This document shows positions 26,524 to 40,934 of a stretch of 64,000 bases of DNA, piece after piece. The stretch lies in the NCBI RefSeq assembly GCF_011386835.1, contig NC_088795.1:56730001-56794000 (forward strand), in the 5' to 3' direction. The number at the start of each line of letters is the position of its first letter. Positions within the stretch are counted from its first letter, which is position 1. The position numbers were made by a program, and so were the translations under genes. Source of the DNA: Chrysemys picta bellii (lineage: Eukaryota). The notes under the pieces are model-generated. The model was given only the letters and a program-made list of their open reading frames with translations. It ran no database searches and had not been told where the DNA came from.

Positions 26524-29225
26524 CCTTACAAGGTGATGGCAACAAGATTGGGAAGAGAAACAAATACTGAGGACTACATCAATGAAGGCACCAAGTTCAG
26601 AGAGGGAGCAGATAATAAACTGGATTTGTAAGGAGTGTAGGGACCAAGAAGGGGAGCAGATGGAAATGAGAGTACATATGCAGCGCAGCACACACACGCA
26701 CACAAAATGGGATCTAGACCCTTTCCCCATTATTTTAGTATTTTTGTTTGCAACTTTAATCCACATAGATGGGCCCTTACTTCAGTGCAGAGTTCCATTC
26801 ATTTCAATGGGACCCTGAGCAGATCTCTTTACAGGGTCAGAATCTTTGTCTTTATAGCAGGTTTTTGTGTATATTACTATGAGGGTCACAGCCTTGCCCA
26901 CCCTCAGTACTGTATACCAATTCACTCATATTCTTGCAGCCTGTAGAATTTAAAAAAATGTCAGTTGAGTCACTTGTCCTTTAGTAGAGAGCTCAAATTC
27001 TGATTTAATGTCCTGTCCTAAAAATGGATGAAGAGAAATACTAACTGCTTCCTTCTTTTAATCTGAGGAGAAAATGTTTACCAGGCTCTGGCTTTTTTTT
27101 TTTTTAATCTCCACCTTACTGGATAATATAAAAGTGATTTAAAGTGTGTGAATCAATTTACTTTCATGCATTAGCTCTCGCTCAGAAACTCTCTCAAAGT
27201 AAGCCAAGATTCTATTTTCCATGTAGTTTGGGTCATATGGAACTCACTTTAAAAATTACCTACTAACATTTTGAGTAATTTAAAACGGCTATTTTCATAA
27301 AATTAAAAAACAACAGCATTCAACAACAATATATACAAATACACCTATGACATTTTATGGGTAAGTATATATTTGTTCTTACTTTGTTTGCATTTCTGTG
27401 GAGAATTTGTTCTGTTACTTGTTAAAGTTAAGTGTCATAAAAAAGTGAATAATGGTCTGAATCCTGTTAATCTGTCATCTTAATTTTCTGCAACTACTTT
27501 TCAGTAGTGTTGATCTCCCAGAACATCACTCCTCATTCCTGCAATTCACCTGAAGTTTGGTTATAAAAAGTAAGGCCACTTCCATGTGGATTTAAGTCAC
27601 AAATATAATCTACCTGATAAAGTGTTCTTTTAGATGAAAGTTTCTCTAACCTTTGGTTTATTTTTAATTTTAAACCATTTTAAAATTAGATTACATTTAA
27701 TTTACAAATTTCATCCCATATGTTTTGTACCTCTCTTCACTAACTACAGTATACCACTTCCTTACCATTATAGGTTGTTCCTTAAAAATATTCATAGTCA
27801 AAATTTTACTGCTAAGATTTCTATTTTCAGTTCCTTTGGAAGCTCATGTATCAATGCAGCATCCTTTTAAAATTTTGTTTACAAATACACGTTCTAAATG
27901 TTGGCAAAGCTCCTGTTGAACAGTCTGAACAAGGATGCAGAAGACAGATCCAAAATCCTCCACTTGTAGACTATCACAGATCTTTTTGGTTGACTAGATT
28001 CCATGAAACATTATGGCACTTACACAACTAACCACAATATATAGATTTGAGGAAAAGAACTGCTGGAATCATAACATGAATTTTAGCTTTAGTTAAGTTC
28101 TGTTTAATATGAAGTGCCCACTTTATACTGGCAGAGAAATCACTGATGGGGCAACTGGAGAATGCATGAATGATAATGTACAGACATGCTTTTTATTATT
28201 TATTCATAGAAAACAGTGGGTTTTGGTGTGCTGCTTTGAAAAATGTTCAAACTAGTAGAATATAATGAAAGCACAGTGAAAATTCTATTTCATTAACATT
28301 TAATCATAAATCACTCTTTAATATAAAAACATAAAATAAAAGTCTGTCATAAGCACTTAGGTGTAAAGAAAGGAGAAGATCTGCAGAATGGGGAAAGGAA
28401 GTATTGCAGCAGCAGTTGTTTCTGTTATCTGTCACTTTTGGAAGAAAAAAAAAAAGGAACTAACAAAGAAACAATGATCTTTGGCCAAACTCCCCAATCT
28501 GAAAGACAAGATGAAACTGCTTAGGGATTGATCTAAACTCTACTTGGCTGTGTAAAAGTATTTACCACCTACTGTAATGAAGGCAAAATTTACCCTGACA
28601 TGTCAATGTAGTTCATGAATAGCAACCTTCAATAATCAGATCAAATGCAGTACAACACTATGCTATATTGACCAGAATATATAACAACTTCAAGACACTA
28701 TTTAAAATAAGTAGTTATTTAGTGAGCCTCTTGTTTGTTAACCCATGTACACTATGGCCCAAACTTTCAAAAGGCTTCCAATTTGTGCACTTAAGACTGC
28801 ACAGTGCACCAAATGATTATCTGTGACTACTTTTCAGTGCCTTCACTGCCCACAGTTATGCATTCCTTTGACCTCCAGACTGGATTACAGTCATTTTTCA
28901 TTTGAAAATACATTTGAAAGTTACAGTACAGTTAGTGCATTATAAGGGTGCTTGATTAGTTAGCATTAGAGCTGACCAGAAACTAGAATTCCTGTTCCAC
29001 AGGAAATTCCAAAATAAAAAAAAATTGTTTCTAAACAGAACGAAAAATGAAATGTCAAAATCTCCTGCCCCACAGGAATTCCAAAATGTTATTTACAAAA
29101 AGTCAACATGACATTTCATTTTGACCTTTTCAAAATATTTCCAATGCTTCCCTGCCAGGCAAGGAGTCGGGCAACTCAGGGATCCTGGAAGCACCAATTC
29201 AGGGGCAGACCACCTGAAGTCCTGG

Positions 29226-30643
29226 GAGCACGTCTACACAGCCCGCGGCAGCAAGCCTCCCAGCCCAGGTTGACAGATTTGGCTTAGTGGGGCTTATGCT
29301 AGTGCTTTAATATCGCTGTGTGGACAGTGCCTTGAATCATAGGACTGGAAGGGAACTCAAAAGGTCATCTAGCCCAGTTCCCTGCACTCATGGCAGCACT
29401 ATATTATCTAGACCATCCCTGACAGGTGTTTGTTTAACCTGCTCTTAAAGGTCCCCAATGACGGAGATTCCACAACCTCCCTAGGCAATTTATTCCAGTG
29501 CTTACCCACCCTGACAGTTAGGAATTTTTTCCTAATGTTCAACCTAAACCTCCCTTGCTGCAATTTAAGCTCATTGCTTCTTGTCCTATCCTCAGAGGTT
29601 AAGAAGAACATTTCTTCTCCCTCCTCCTTGTAACAACCTTTTATGTACTAGAAAACTGTTATCATGTCCCCTCTCAGTCTTCTCTTTTCCAGACGAAACA
29701 AACCCAATTTTTTCCATCTTCCCTCATAGGTCATGTTTTCTAGACCTTTAATCATTTTGTCGCCCTTCTCTGGACTTTCTCCAATTTGTCCACATCTTTC
29801 CTGAAATGTAGCACCCAGAACTGGACACAATACTCCAGTTGAGGCCTAATCAGCGTGGAGTAGAGCAGAAGAATTACTTCTCGTGTCTTACTTACAACAC
29901 TCCTACTAATACATCCCAGAATGATGTTTAGTTTTTTTTTTGCAAGTGTCACACTGTTGATTCATATTTAGCTTATGGTCCACTATGACCCCCAAATCCC
30001 TTTCCACAGTATTTCCGAGGCAGTCATTTCCCATTTTGTATGTGTGCAACTGATTGTTCCTTCCTAAATGGAGTGCTTTGCATTTGAATTTCATCCTATT
30101 TACTTCAGACCATTTCTTCAGTTTGTCCAGATCATTTTGAAATTTAATCTTCCAAAGCACTTGCAACCCCTCCCAGCTTGGTATCATCCGCAAACTTTAT
30201 AAATGTACTCTCTATGCCATTATCTAAATCATTTATGAAGATATTGAACAGCAGGAGACCCAGAACTGATCCCAGCGGGACCCCACTTGTTATGCTCTTC
30301 CAGCATGACTGTGAACCACTGATAACTACTCTTTGGAAACGGTTTTCCAACCAGTTTTGTGTCCACCTTATAGTAGCTCCATCCAGGTTGCATTCCCCAG
30401 TTTGTTTATGAGAAGATCATGCGAGACAGTATTAAAAGCTTTACTAAAATTGCAGCTCAAGCTAGGACTTTGGCTCTGAAGCCTAAGGAGGAGGTTGGGC
30501 TTCAGAGCCCGAGCTCCAGCCTAAGCTGCAACGTCAAGGCGCTGCCTACACTGCTATTTTTAGAGTGCTGGCATGAGCCCTGCTAACCTGAGTCTCTCAA
30601 CTCAGTCTGGGAACTTTCTTCCATGAGCTGTGTAGACATACTC
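29226..30643. mobile_element. Harbinger-type MITE interrupted by a CR1 insertion
   Basis: TIRs GAGCACGTCTACACAGC / GCTGTGTAGACATACTC, with TGG on both sides. The halves 29226-29333 and 30450-30643 flank the CR1. Confidence 0.7.
29334..30449 (-). mobile_element. 5'-truncated CR1 LINE (RT region to 3' end), ATGATTC-type tail
   Basis: Minus-strand ORFs: [33 protein letters not shown]; LGRNNQLHTYKMG..L; [26 protein letters not shown]; RTRSNELKLQQGRFRLNIRKKFLTVRV.KHWNKLPREVV. 3' end reads ..CCCTTCCAGTCCTATGATTC. Confidence 0.94.
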
Positions 30644-30849
30644 TGGTCTGCTGAGGGGGAAGGCGTTTCGAAGCCCAGCAGGAGAGCTGGCAGGAAACCA
30701 GGCTGGTTTCCAGCAGAAACCTGCTTGGCAGGCAGTTCCATTGCAAACAAACCTGGTGATATAGTCACACTCACACACAACACTTCAATGTTGATGAATC
30801 AGCATTTTCCAATGGAAAAATGCTCCATCAGAAAATTTCTGATGCATTC

Positions 30850-31110
30850 CACTTAGCACTGATTTCCTGTTGATTTCTGTGTGCAATTCAAGGTGTTGGT
30901 ATGGAGCTATAAAATCTTACTAAATATGTTTTTGGTCGTGGCTACCTAAGACTGCATCTCTCCCTATGCACTCTCTCAGTTAACATCAGTCACTAAAGCT
31001 GCTAACAGTCCTCAGTCTGAATATTTTAGGGCTAAAGATAGGGCATTCCCAATGGAGAGCCTTCATCTATGGAACTTGCTCCCCTCTTTGGTCTGACAAA
31101 ACCTTGATTA
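30850..31110 (+). mobile_element. Degraded L2-like LINE 3' fragment
   Basis: cactgatttcctgttgatttctgtgtgcaattcaaggtgttggta resembles the L2 LHWLPV.FRVQFKVLV motif. Boundaries approximate. Confidence 0.45.
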
Positions 31111-33022
31111 ATTGATATCGGGGTATGTCATCTCACCTGACAGTTCTTGTAATACAATGCATCTCTCCTGAGTAATATTTGTGCATGGATCAAAGTATTT
31201 TTGAAAATGTTAATGACGTTGTCTAGCACTTTGCAGTCCTCTAAGGACTCCTACCAAAATGTCTCTGGGCTTCCCACATGTAATGCTGTGGAGGATTTCA
31301 CCCTATTTAGTTTTGCTGAAATACCACTTGCTTCCAAGCACATTGGAATATTGCAATCCTCTCTTTCAGTTTTCTGCCTTAGTCCCTGCAGGACTGAAGA
31401 ATACATGAAATTTTGCTTGCTCCGTTTTTACCAAAGATTTAGTTTAATTCTAACAACATATAATAAAGGCGTGACACAGGAATGCTGGTAAGAGGTTTCT
31501 CTTTATGGCCCCAATTCATAAAAGCATTTATGTATCTGCTTGACTCTAAAGCAATCCAGCAGTCTAATAGACTTCAATGGTTTGATTGTCATGCTTAAAG
31601 TTAAGTATGTGCTTATATACTTCCCTGAATTGGGGCCTACTTCCTTTCCTCTGTCATGTGATATGGTCAGAGTTACAAAAAGTTATACCTGTGTCACATG
31701 GCAGGGGATCAGTATTCATCGAGTCCTTCTTCTTAACTCCTTAACTTCTTCTATCAAACAAGAATACTTTCCTAGAACCTTTTAAGGTGTACTATATGCT
31801 AGTCTTAAAATTCAGTAAAATGATTTACTGTTATAGGTGTCTACATGGCAAGTTACTGTGCAGCAAGCCTGGGTGTGAATCTAGAGTACACCAGCTTGCC
31901 ACGCAGCAATGACCCATAATGTAGTGGACACTGCTACAGTACACTTGAAGCCCCGGAGTGTGGCTTGGCATACTACCCTTTCAAGAAGTAACACAGGAAG
32001 CTGAACTCTGGGACTTTTGCTTTGCTGTAGGAGTGTCCACATGGGATGTTACTGCTTCTTGGGCAGTAAATGGCCCTTATAGTTAAGGTTGCACAACGCT
32101 TTCCACTATAAGGCCCTGTTTTCATTTGCTTTTATTATTGCCAAACCTTAACTGTTTGGGTTGATACAGGCCACATGTCTGCCTCATGCTGAATTTTTTG
32201 GAAAACTTTAACCAAAATGGTCAAGCCATTTCTGAGACTGAAATTTGCGAAAATGGTGTTATTTTGGCCATGTTTCTTTATTTATACATACATACCACAC
32301 CACTGTTTTATAGAGAAGTTCTAGTCATGCCTCCATACTTTAGAGCAGGGCCTTGAAAGTTGGCAGGAGGGATGCCCTGGTGTCTGGGGGTGTGCCTGGT
32401 GCTGTCTCAATGAAAGTCTGCTCAAATATGACCAAGTTATAAGTCTACAAAAAAAAATCACACTTTGCACCTGCTCAGCAGAGGTTTGTTAGAGGCTGTA
32501 AATGTTATTCTTCAAAGATTCCATCGCATGCACCTTTCACACACAGCTCCTGCATGCCGACTGGATTCACATGCACCACTCACACAGCAACTGAGCATGC
32601 TCCATCCCTGGGCTGTAAAAGCTGAACAGCATTTTCCCCACAGTTGCTCCCCCCAGCTGCTAGAATTGCTGTGGCGCTGTGCACCAGAAGTGAGAGGCAG
32701 GGAGACTGTCTCTCGTGCTCTCAATGACCTCCCCTCTCCCAACTAGAACAAGAAGAAAAAAGAGGAAGCAATCTTATTCAAATGCAAAGGGGTGTGGTGT
32801 AGAAGGTGGTGGTGATGGAACAGGAGCCAAAATAAAGACAGGGACTGGAGCTGAGAAGCTTAGGGGCAGAAGGGTCTAGAATCACTACAACACGTTCCCC
32901 TCCCAAACATGGAAATGACCTCAGGATTCCTGAGTCTCAACATCCCTCTGATCTCTAGAAAATAGCTGTGCATTCCAGTGACCAAGTGTCTCTCTCATCC
33001 CCCCATCCTAGTTCACTTAGAG

Positions 33023-33380
33023 CAGTGGTTTGTAATCAGGCATCTGGGGCCCCTGGGGGGCTGTGAGCAGGTTTCAGGGGGGCCACCCAGTGTGGGCAGT
33101 ATTAAAATTCACTAGGGCCTAGGGCAGAAAGCTGAAGCCCCCTCCACAGGACTGCAGACCAGGGCCCTGAGCCCCAACACCTGGGGCTAAAGCTGAAGCC
33201 TGAGCAACTTAGCTTTGCGGTGCCCACTATTGCGTGGTGCCCCGGGCAACTGCCCTGCTACCCCATAACGCCGGCCCTGGCTTTTATATGAAGAAAAACA
33301 GTTGTTGTGCCATGGGTGGGCCATGGAGTTTTTATAGCATGTTGGGTGGGCCTCAGAAAGCAAAAGGTTGAGAACCCCTG
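33023..33380. mobile_element. Older hAT MITE
   Basis: CAGTGGTTT..GGTTGAGAACCCCTG ends; imperfect 8-bp TSD ACTTAGAG / ACATAGAA. Confidence 0.65.
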
Positions 33381-33784
33381 ACATAGAAGATAACTGCCTA
33401 CTATTGCCACTAGATAATTAGTTAGCTCAAGTGGTAGAACTCTGTGTGGATGATCTAAGGGTCTGAACCCTGATGATGACCCATGTTAGGGTCAGCAATA
33501 TGGTTCCACATGATGGAATTTTCTTTTTTTTCTTTTCTTTTTTTTTCAGTTTGCCTTTTTGAAAAGATAGGAAATTACATTAAATATACATTAAAAGAAA
33601 GTTAAAGTTGCAAAGACAAGCACTCAAAAGTTAGAAGATGCCAGTGCACAGGATGCACAGTGTTCAGGAAATGAATCAGAATTGTGTAGCATATAAGGCT
33701 GTTTTCTGCAGGACCCCTGTCCATGTGTATTGCTGAAGTTGGAAAGTTTATAGTGAAAGAGGCAGGATTGCAGGAAAAAAGATA

Positions 33785-34220
33785 GTCTCATGTTTAAGGC
33801 AGTTGAATACCACCCTGGAGAATTGGATTCTCTGCTTCTGCCACAGATTCCCATGTGATGCTGGGCAAGTTACTTGTATCGAACTTTTCATAGGTGGGCG
33901 GTTGTTGCATGTTCTTTGTTTTCTAGGTGTCCAGCATGAGGCACCATTGGCCAGATTTGCAAAAGGACTGAGTGCTCAGAACTGCAACTGAAATCAATAG
34001 GAGTTGTGCTTTGAATGCATAAAGTGCTATAAAATGGTAAGTATTTTGAAAAATCAGCCTGTAGGTGTCTCAATTTGGGTACTTAAAAATCTGTGTGCCT
34101 CAGTTCACAATCTGTAAAATGGAGATAAAACCTCCCTATCTCACAGGGCTGTTTTAAAGATTCATTAATGTTTGTGAAGCACTCAGATACTACAGTGACA
34201 AGTATAATACAAAAGCCCAG
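33785..34220 (+). mobile_element. MIR/CORE-type amniote SINE, interrupted by an approximately 220-bp insertion
   Basis: ctgccacagattcc..tgtgatgctgggcaagttact (about 33836-33873) resumes at ctgtgtgcctcagtt..tctgtaaaatggagata..ctcacaggg..ttcattaatgtttgtgaagcactcagatact (34091-34192), a typical CORE-SINE body. Confidence 0.65.
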
Positions 34221-34815
34221 GAGGAAATTAATTCTGTGTTCAGTGCAAGGTTAAATTGCATGCTATAAATAAGGCAGGGGCCACACACTGAACGATGAGG
34301 CTAAAATGAAATATTGAACAGCTGCTCATTCACTGAGCCATCCATCCTGTGCTCAGAATGAGGCAGAGGTTCTGGGGAAAAAAATGTGATCACATAATTA
34401 GAGATTGTATTATAATGTGCGTACAGAAGGGTGTGGGCAGCCTTAATTCTGGCATTTTCTAATTTTTGATGGCCTGACTTTACCACCTTCAAGTTCTTTT
34501 AACACAGGATTTTTTAATTAACATAATTAGCAGTAGCCATTACACAGGCAGAACTATTTCCATCATCCAGGTAAAGGGTATATGACAAAAGAACTATACA
34601 GTGTTCTCAAAGCTCATTTTGCATTGGGCTGCAAGTTTCTCAATTTGGACTGCTATTTTCCCCCATTTTATATTCACAAACTCTCTTCTCGATATGCAAT
34701 AGTGTATGTCTGCAGAAGTGAGGGTCAGATGCTCAATCTCAACAAAGATCAACGTGACTCCAGGGAGCACTGTAGTATCTTCTCTATGATATTAGACTCC
34801 ACCATCCTAAGGCTA

Positions 34816-34995
<180 letters not shown>

Positions 34996-35220
34996 CTATA
35001 AAATAAAAATAAAATACATTGTTAATATTGAACCTTTCCTTCACATCTGTTTTGAACTCAGCAAAGATCTGCAATATTTACTTATATTGACTGATGTCCT
35101 AATGTATATTTTTACCTATGTGTACACACATATTTACACACACGTATGTAACTGTTAAGCCCCATTAATATATGTGGTGTTCCACAAGTTACAAAATTAA
35201 GGACAGTTTCTGCCAGAAGA

Positions 35221-35340
35221 GTTTATAATCTAAAGCCCCAATTCTGCCAATATTTATCTACATATGAAAATTAATCCAGAGTTTATAATCTAAAGCCCCA
35301 ATTCTGCCAATATTTATCTACATATGAAAATTAATCCAGA
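35221..35340. repeat. Perfect 60-bp tandem duplication
   Basis: 35221-35280 is identical to 35281-35340; 'aga' microhomology at the junction. Confidence 0.97.
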
Positions 35341-38300
35341 ATAAGGTGGGGTATGAATTTAAAGTTGATTAATTATGCTTGGATAACTCCATGTGTGAAT
35401 GCTCTTATTCCTGAATAAGAGTGCCTTATTCTGTATTAGTTTAATCCACTTCCATAGTGGATTAGCCAATTTTGAATAAGGCATTCTTATTTTGGAATGA
35501 AAACATCCATACATGGCATTAACTAGGAATAGCTGTTCCGGAATAACTCTCTGTGTAACTCCCCAGTGGTTCCTTCTACACCAGCCTATTTGGATGTGGC
35601 ACAGAAGCCCCCGCTGTGGCACATACTGGGTATGCATGTGCTCGTGTGCTGCTGCTGCATCTGTGACCCCACATGGGACTGCAGTATCAGGGAGAGTCTT
35701 GCCTGGGCATTTTCCAAAGGGAGAATTTCATCCTTTTTGTACATGAACCTTTCAACCTTCAATTTTAAGCAAATGTGAACAGAGAGGTAGAGCCCTGGTT
35801 CCTTGCAGAAATTCTACTGCAGATTAACCAAAATCTCATCACACAATATACAGCCTCCAGGCTGGATTTGCTCTTCTAATGATCCCTGTAACAACTTTTG
35901 AAGCATTAAAAGGTTCATAGGTTTTCAAACCCTATTTCGACACCACTTTTGGCTGGGGAGTTAGAAGCATTAACGACTGTATGTTTAAAGAAGCTTTTTC
36001 AAGTGAAAATGAAGATTTTAAAACTTTAAAAGCAGTGTCAGGGATTCACCCCACAGAGGAGTAAATCAAAACGGGTGGTCAAGATTCCAGGACCCTTCAC
36101 TTTGCTTCCTGAGGCTACCATATTTTTACAGTGACAACACTGTATTTGTGTGAAGGATTCACTGACTTATCTGAATGTTTGAAAGTTTTATATCAATTAC
36201 ATGTAGTGTATAATCACATTCCAAGTCAAGAATCAAAAATGTCTGACAATAGAAAATATTGCTGAAAAAGAAAGCCATTTAGACACCAATATTCTTGCCA
36301 TCTCTTCAAACTATTATTTCAAATGTAGCATTTCCAAGCACAGAATCTGCATTTTAAAGCTTCAGATTAAAAGCAGTTGTGGACTCGTCAGCACAGATAT
36401 CAAGTTTTTTAAGAAAAGGAAATTGAATTATAGCTGGTGAGGGTTGGAAGACGTAAAGGGAGACATATCACATATCACCTATGAGAAACAAATGATTTTA
36501 TACAAAGCAATGATCTTCCAAATCAGAGTTTTTAAAGTGCAACTGTTTCATCACAAATGTGAATAACGACTTTGACACCCCCTGTTTTTGACAAGCGGAT
36601 GTACCCGGCCTTATCTTTAATCCTAATGCCTTTTACTCATACATACAGTAGTTAGTTACAGTGCTAGCCTGCTCTCCCCCACTCAGGGTACTGCCGTTAA
36701 TCCTTCCTCAAAGATAGATTCCTGATTTCTTGTTTCCTTTCCCCACTCTACAATGTCGTCACCAGTGGGCTATATTTTATCACTGTCAAGTCCCAGAAGA
36801 CTATAAGCTTAAAGACAACTGGCCAGATCCTCAGCTGGTATAAACTATCACAGCTCCATTGAAGAGCTGACCCTGAATCTATGCCCAGAGGATACAGAAG
36901 ACAGAAGGAAGGAGGAATTCTCATTCATCTAGGACAAGTACACTTTTCAGCCCTGATCACTGACACAATATGGTCACTGATAAGTGAATCTCAGATGATT
37001 CTGATTCTGAGATGATGCTTAGCTAAGCCTTATCAAAACTATCTGGACATACATAGTATGCAAAATTAGACTGGAAATCTCACAAGAACACGTTCCTTCT
37101 TGATCACCTGCACTTGCTGTTTCCAGACTTTACTGTACTTTGGCACTTATGGTCTCATCTATTAACAGAGAGCTAAAATGAGCTAAAATGGGAGTAGGGG
37201 TGGAAATAAGGAGCCATTCAAATTTTTCCAAATCTTAAAAATCTTATGTTAATGGGAGAGCGACTGGCTGTATACTCTTCTTAACATCATAATCCCAGCA
37301 CCTAAGAATGAGCTGCCCCCCCCCTTTTTTTTTGAGAAAGCTAAATAGAAGGAACATTTCTTAAACAACTTTGGGAATAAAAGAATACCAATAACATATT
37401 TTTAGCTGTAAAAATGTGACTAGATTTTCTTATCACTTATGTAATACGTTAAATGGAAAATAAATTGTGGAGATAAAGTTTAGCATTTAATCACATCTCA
37501 TCAGAAGTTTGTCTTTCAAAATATTGAAAAATTGATTTGTCAGTGTATTTCATCTTAAAACATTAATTCTTTGCACCAGCATATGATTTTTATTTAATGG
37601 ACAGCTTGTTTACATATACTGTATAGCTTGTGCTCTTCTGGCTATCTATGTCTGAATATGGTGCTCATTAACAGCACAGGCTCATGAAGCACTAACTTGA
37701 ATCAGACAAGGGGACCAATTTGAGTAGTCCCTATTCACTTAAATAGTCCCATTGACTTCAACGGGATAACTCATATGAGTAAGGAATGAACACTCAGAAT
37801 AAGGGTTTGCCGGGTAAGGCCATATTGGGAGCAAGTTCCAGGTGAGTTTCTCCACACAATCCTGTCACCGTGCAGTACTTAAATTTGACCTGCAATGCTC
37901 CTACTCCAGCCCTAGACCTCTCTGCTCCAGAGACTGCCAATTTTAACAACACCTGCCAAATTATTTAGTGGGTTTGTTTATAGCAGAGTTCACAGCAGAG
38001 ACACTGACTGAGCCTGAAGTGATAGGATATATTTAACTTTGGTTGTATAAAGAAATCCTCCTTGCATGAAAATGAGAACACTCTGCACTTCCAATCCTAT
38101 CCTACCTTCACATGCCAGCTGGTCAATCTTTTTTTTTTTTTTTGGCTGCCAGGGCAGATATCACAGCTGGTATGTCCTCCCCAAGGAAGAGGCTGCACCC
38201 AGAACTGCCACAGACTAAGAAGAAACAACTCCTGCCAGTCGTACCAAATTACAATCCAGCGCCACATTTGCGGCCCGTATTGAGTCCACTTCAGAGAAAC

Positions 38301-39546
38301 TCTGGGCTCTGCTCTACAGCATTTTCTTGTACTTAACATGTTTTTCCAGGCTGTGTCCTATTGTCTACTAAGTACACAGTTAGCCAGCTTGAGCCTTCTC
38401 CCTTGCTATGTACCCCGAGAATCTGTGCAAGCCTCACCAAAGATAACAAGGGTGGGGAAGGTGGTAAAAAGAAGAGATGACAGACTGAAAGGGTCATTGG
38501 CTTTTTGAGTTTGTGGTGCAATTTGCAGACTCCGGCAATATTTTGTGAGTTTTCTATTTAGAGGTAAATGTATTCTATCAGCCATAAAGGCAATTTTAGT
38601 TTAATAGGCAGAAGACATCTTTAAGAGACTCTCCATGTGTTTTAAAGTGATCTCTGGTATACAATTACAAAAGTAGAGCCAAGTGGAATAGAAAGTCCTC
38701 CACAGAAATTTTACAGATTTTAGATTCCTGTACCTTGGCAGATGTGCAATTATCTATATATGTGTTAGGGGATGGGAGGATCTCTGTTGTTTTTTGGCCA
38801 CTAAAAAAGAAGTATAATGTAAGGCAGTCAAAAGTTAGTCTGACACAAGGTACACAGAGTTTGATGCAAAGCTCACTGAAGTCAATAGAAAGATTTCCAC
38901 TGATTATTTCAATGAGCTCTGGCTCAAGCACATAGTACCCACTGAGATTAAGGAGGAAATTAATCTGTATACATAATAGATATTATAAACAAGGTAGAAA
39001 GAAGATGGTGCACTTTAAATCATTCAGATGAAAGAATTGATCTGTAAACAGTTAATGCACTGTATGGTCTTCCCCACTCTCACAATCAACCTGTCGTCAC
39101 ACACCAGTGACATACATTAGCCACAACTTCCTTAACAACTTCAGTGTCTTCTCGGCTATTAATATATTATTTAACAATTCATTCTTCAGTTTACTGGCAA
39201 TCAGCCTTCACTTGTCAAGAACTCACAAAAAATGAATGTGTGTATGTTCTATGATACCGAAAAAGAGAAGATATTTTACCAGGGAAATAAGGAAACAAAG
39301 TACAGTGCAAAGAAATCCAGGAAGTTTTTTTTCCTGAAAATCTGAGAAATCCAGCATTTTGGGAATAGTAGTTTCATTTAAAGACTGTTAACATAAGGCA
39401 AATATTAACAGATAATAAAATTTTAATATTTATGGCAATATGTAGTTTTACTCATGTTCCTTTTCAGTAGTCCTTTCCTCCATGTTTTTTAAACTGAAGT
39501 TTTCTCCCCTTGACTAAGCCTTGATTCTTTCAGTTATGCTATATTC

Positions 39547-39856
39547 CAGGGGTAGGCAACCTATGGCACGCGTGCCGAAGGCGGCATGCAAGCTGATTTT
39601 CAGTGGCACTCACACTGCCCGGGTCCTGGCCACCAGTCCGGGGAACTCTGCATTTTAATTTAATTTTAAATGAAGCTTCTTAAACATTTTAAAAACCTTA
39701 TTTACTTTACATACAACAATAGTTTAGTTATATATTATAGACTTATAGAAAGAGACCTTCTAAAACGTTAAAATGTATTACTGGCACATGAAACCTTAAA
39801 TCAGAGTGAATAAATGAAGACTCGGCACACCACTTCTGAAAGGTTGCTGACCCCTG
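39547..39856 (+). mobile_element. hAT-superfamily MITE (310 bp), copy 2 of the 16689 family
   Basis: Same TIRs and body as 16689-16999 (about 15 differences by eye); perfect 8-bp TSD CTATATTC (39539-46, 39857-64). Confidence 0.93.
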
Positions 39857-40934
39857 CTATATTCTAATATTTGTAGCATCACTATTCACAAGCACACCAT
39901 CAAAATGACTAATATAAAATACAGAACTTAGGAAAAAATCACTGAATAAATCAAGTAGAATGAGCAAGCTGATTAGGAAGTAGAAAAGCTTCTATTTCAA
40001 CATCTGTATCATGGTAATCACCTTTGGTAGTATGGCAAATACAGAAGTAGTACATGACAGTGACATGGAGTTTTGCTAAGTATATTTTCACAAATGTACA
40101 TGAGTGTTGCAAGGGCTTTTTAACATTTCGTGTTTAAGTGGTTTTGCAGGCAAGTTTTGAAGACTGACGTACACAAGAATATAAAATACACACTTGGCCC
40201 AACATTTCTTTGGGGACTTCAGTAAAGATATATAGATTCATACATCTTTGTATTTGTTAGTTTGTTATCCAACCAATTATACTTCCATAAATTAAAGAGC
40301 GTACCTAACAGCCGTTCATGCACAATAGTGGCAATAATTTCAAGACCATGGCAGAGTTATAATGTAATACCATAAAAAAGTGCAAAAAGAAAACAAAGTA
40401 ATATTTTGTTTTCATAAACATTCAAATGATTTGTTATATTGTGGTACCAAATACATTGTGATTAATTAGCTATGTTTTATTATGTCAGCACCCCTGCACT
40501 ATTGTAGCAAAGTAAAATCTCAGTGCTATATTGTTCTATCCCTGAATAGGGGCATTAGAGCTGGGGAAATATAAGGAGCTTCCAACCTCCTCAGCTGAGC
40601 ATAACTGCAAGTCCATGTACTCATCCAAGGGCAGGACCAGAGAGGATAGTGGTGCTATCCATCCTAAGGGGGCCCTGAGAGGAGGGGCAGAGCCATTTTC
40701 ATATAGAACATCGCACTTGTGGCACAACAGCTATGCTCTCCCTGCTCCCAGGGGAATTCCAAAAGACTGTTTCCCTGAGGCATCCAGCTCTTCCCCAACC
40801 CGGGGCAGTGCTTACAAGGCACAGTCTAGCCCTTAACAAAGATATAGACACAAATATAAACATACAGTACACACACACTGTATTAACGATGTTATATTTT
40901 AAGGAGACACAGGAGTGATGATGTAGTTAAAATT

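Noticed and set aside
33420-33500. tRNA-like A/B boxes (tagctcaagtggtagaac..ggtctgaaccc)
   Set aside because: Degenerate, with no cloverleaf. More likely the head of a tRNA-derived SINE than a tRNA gene.
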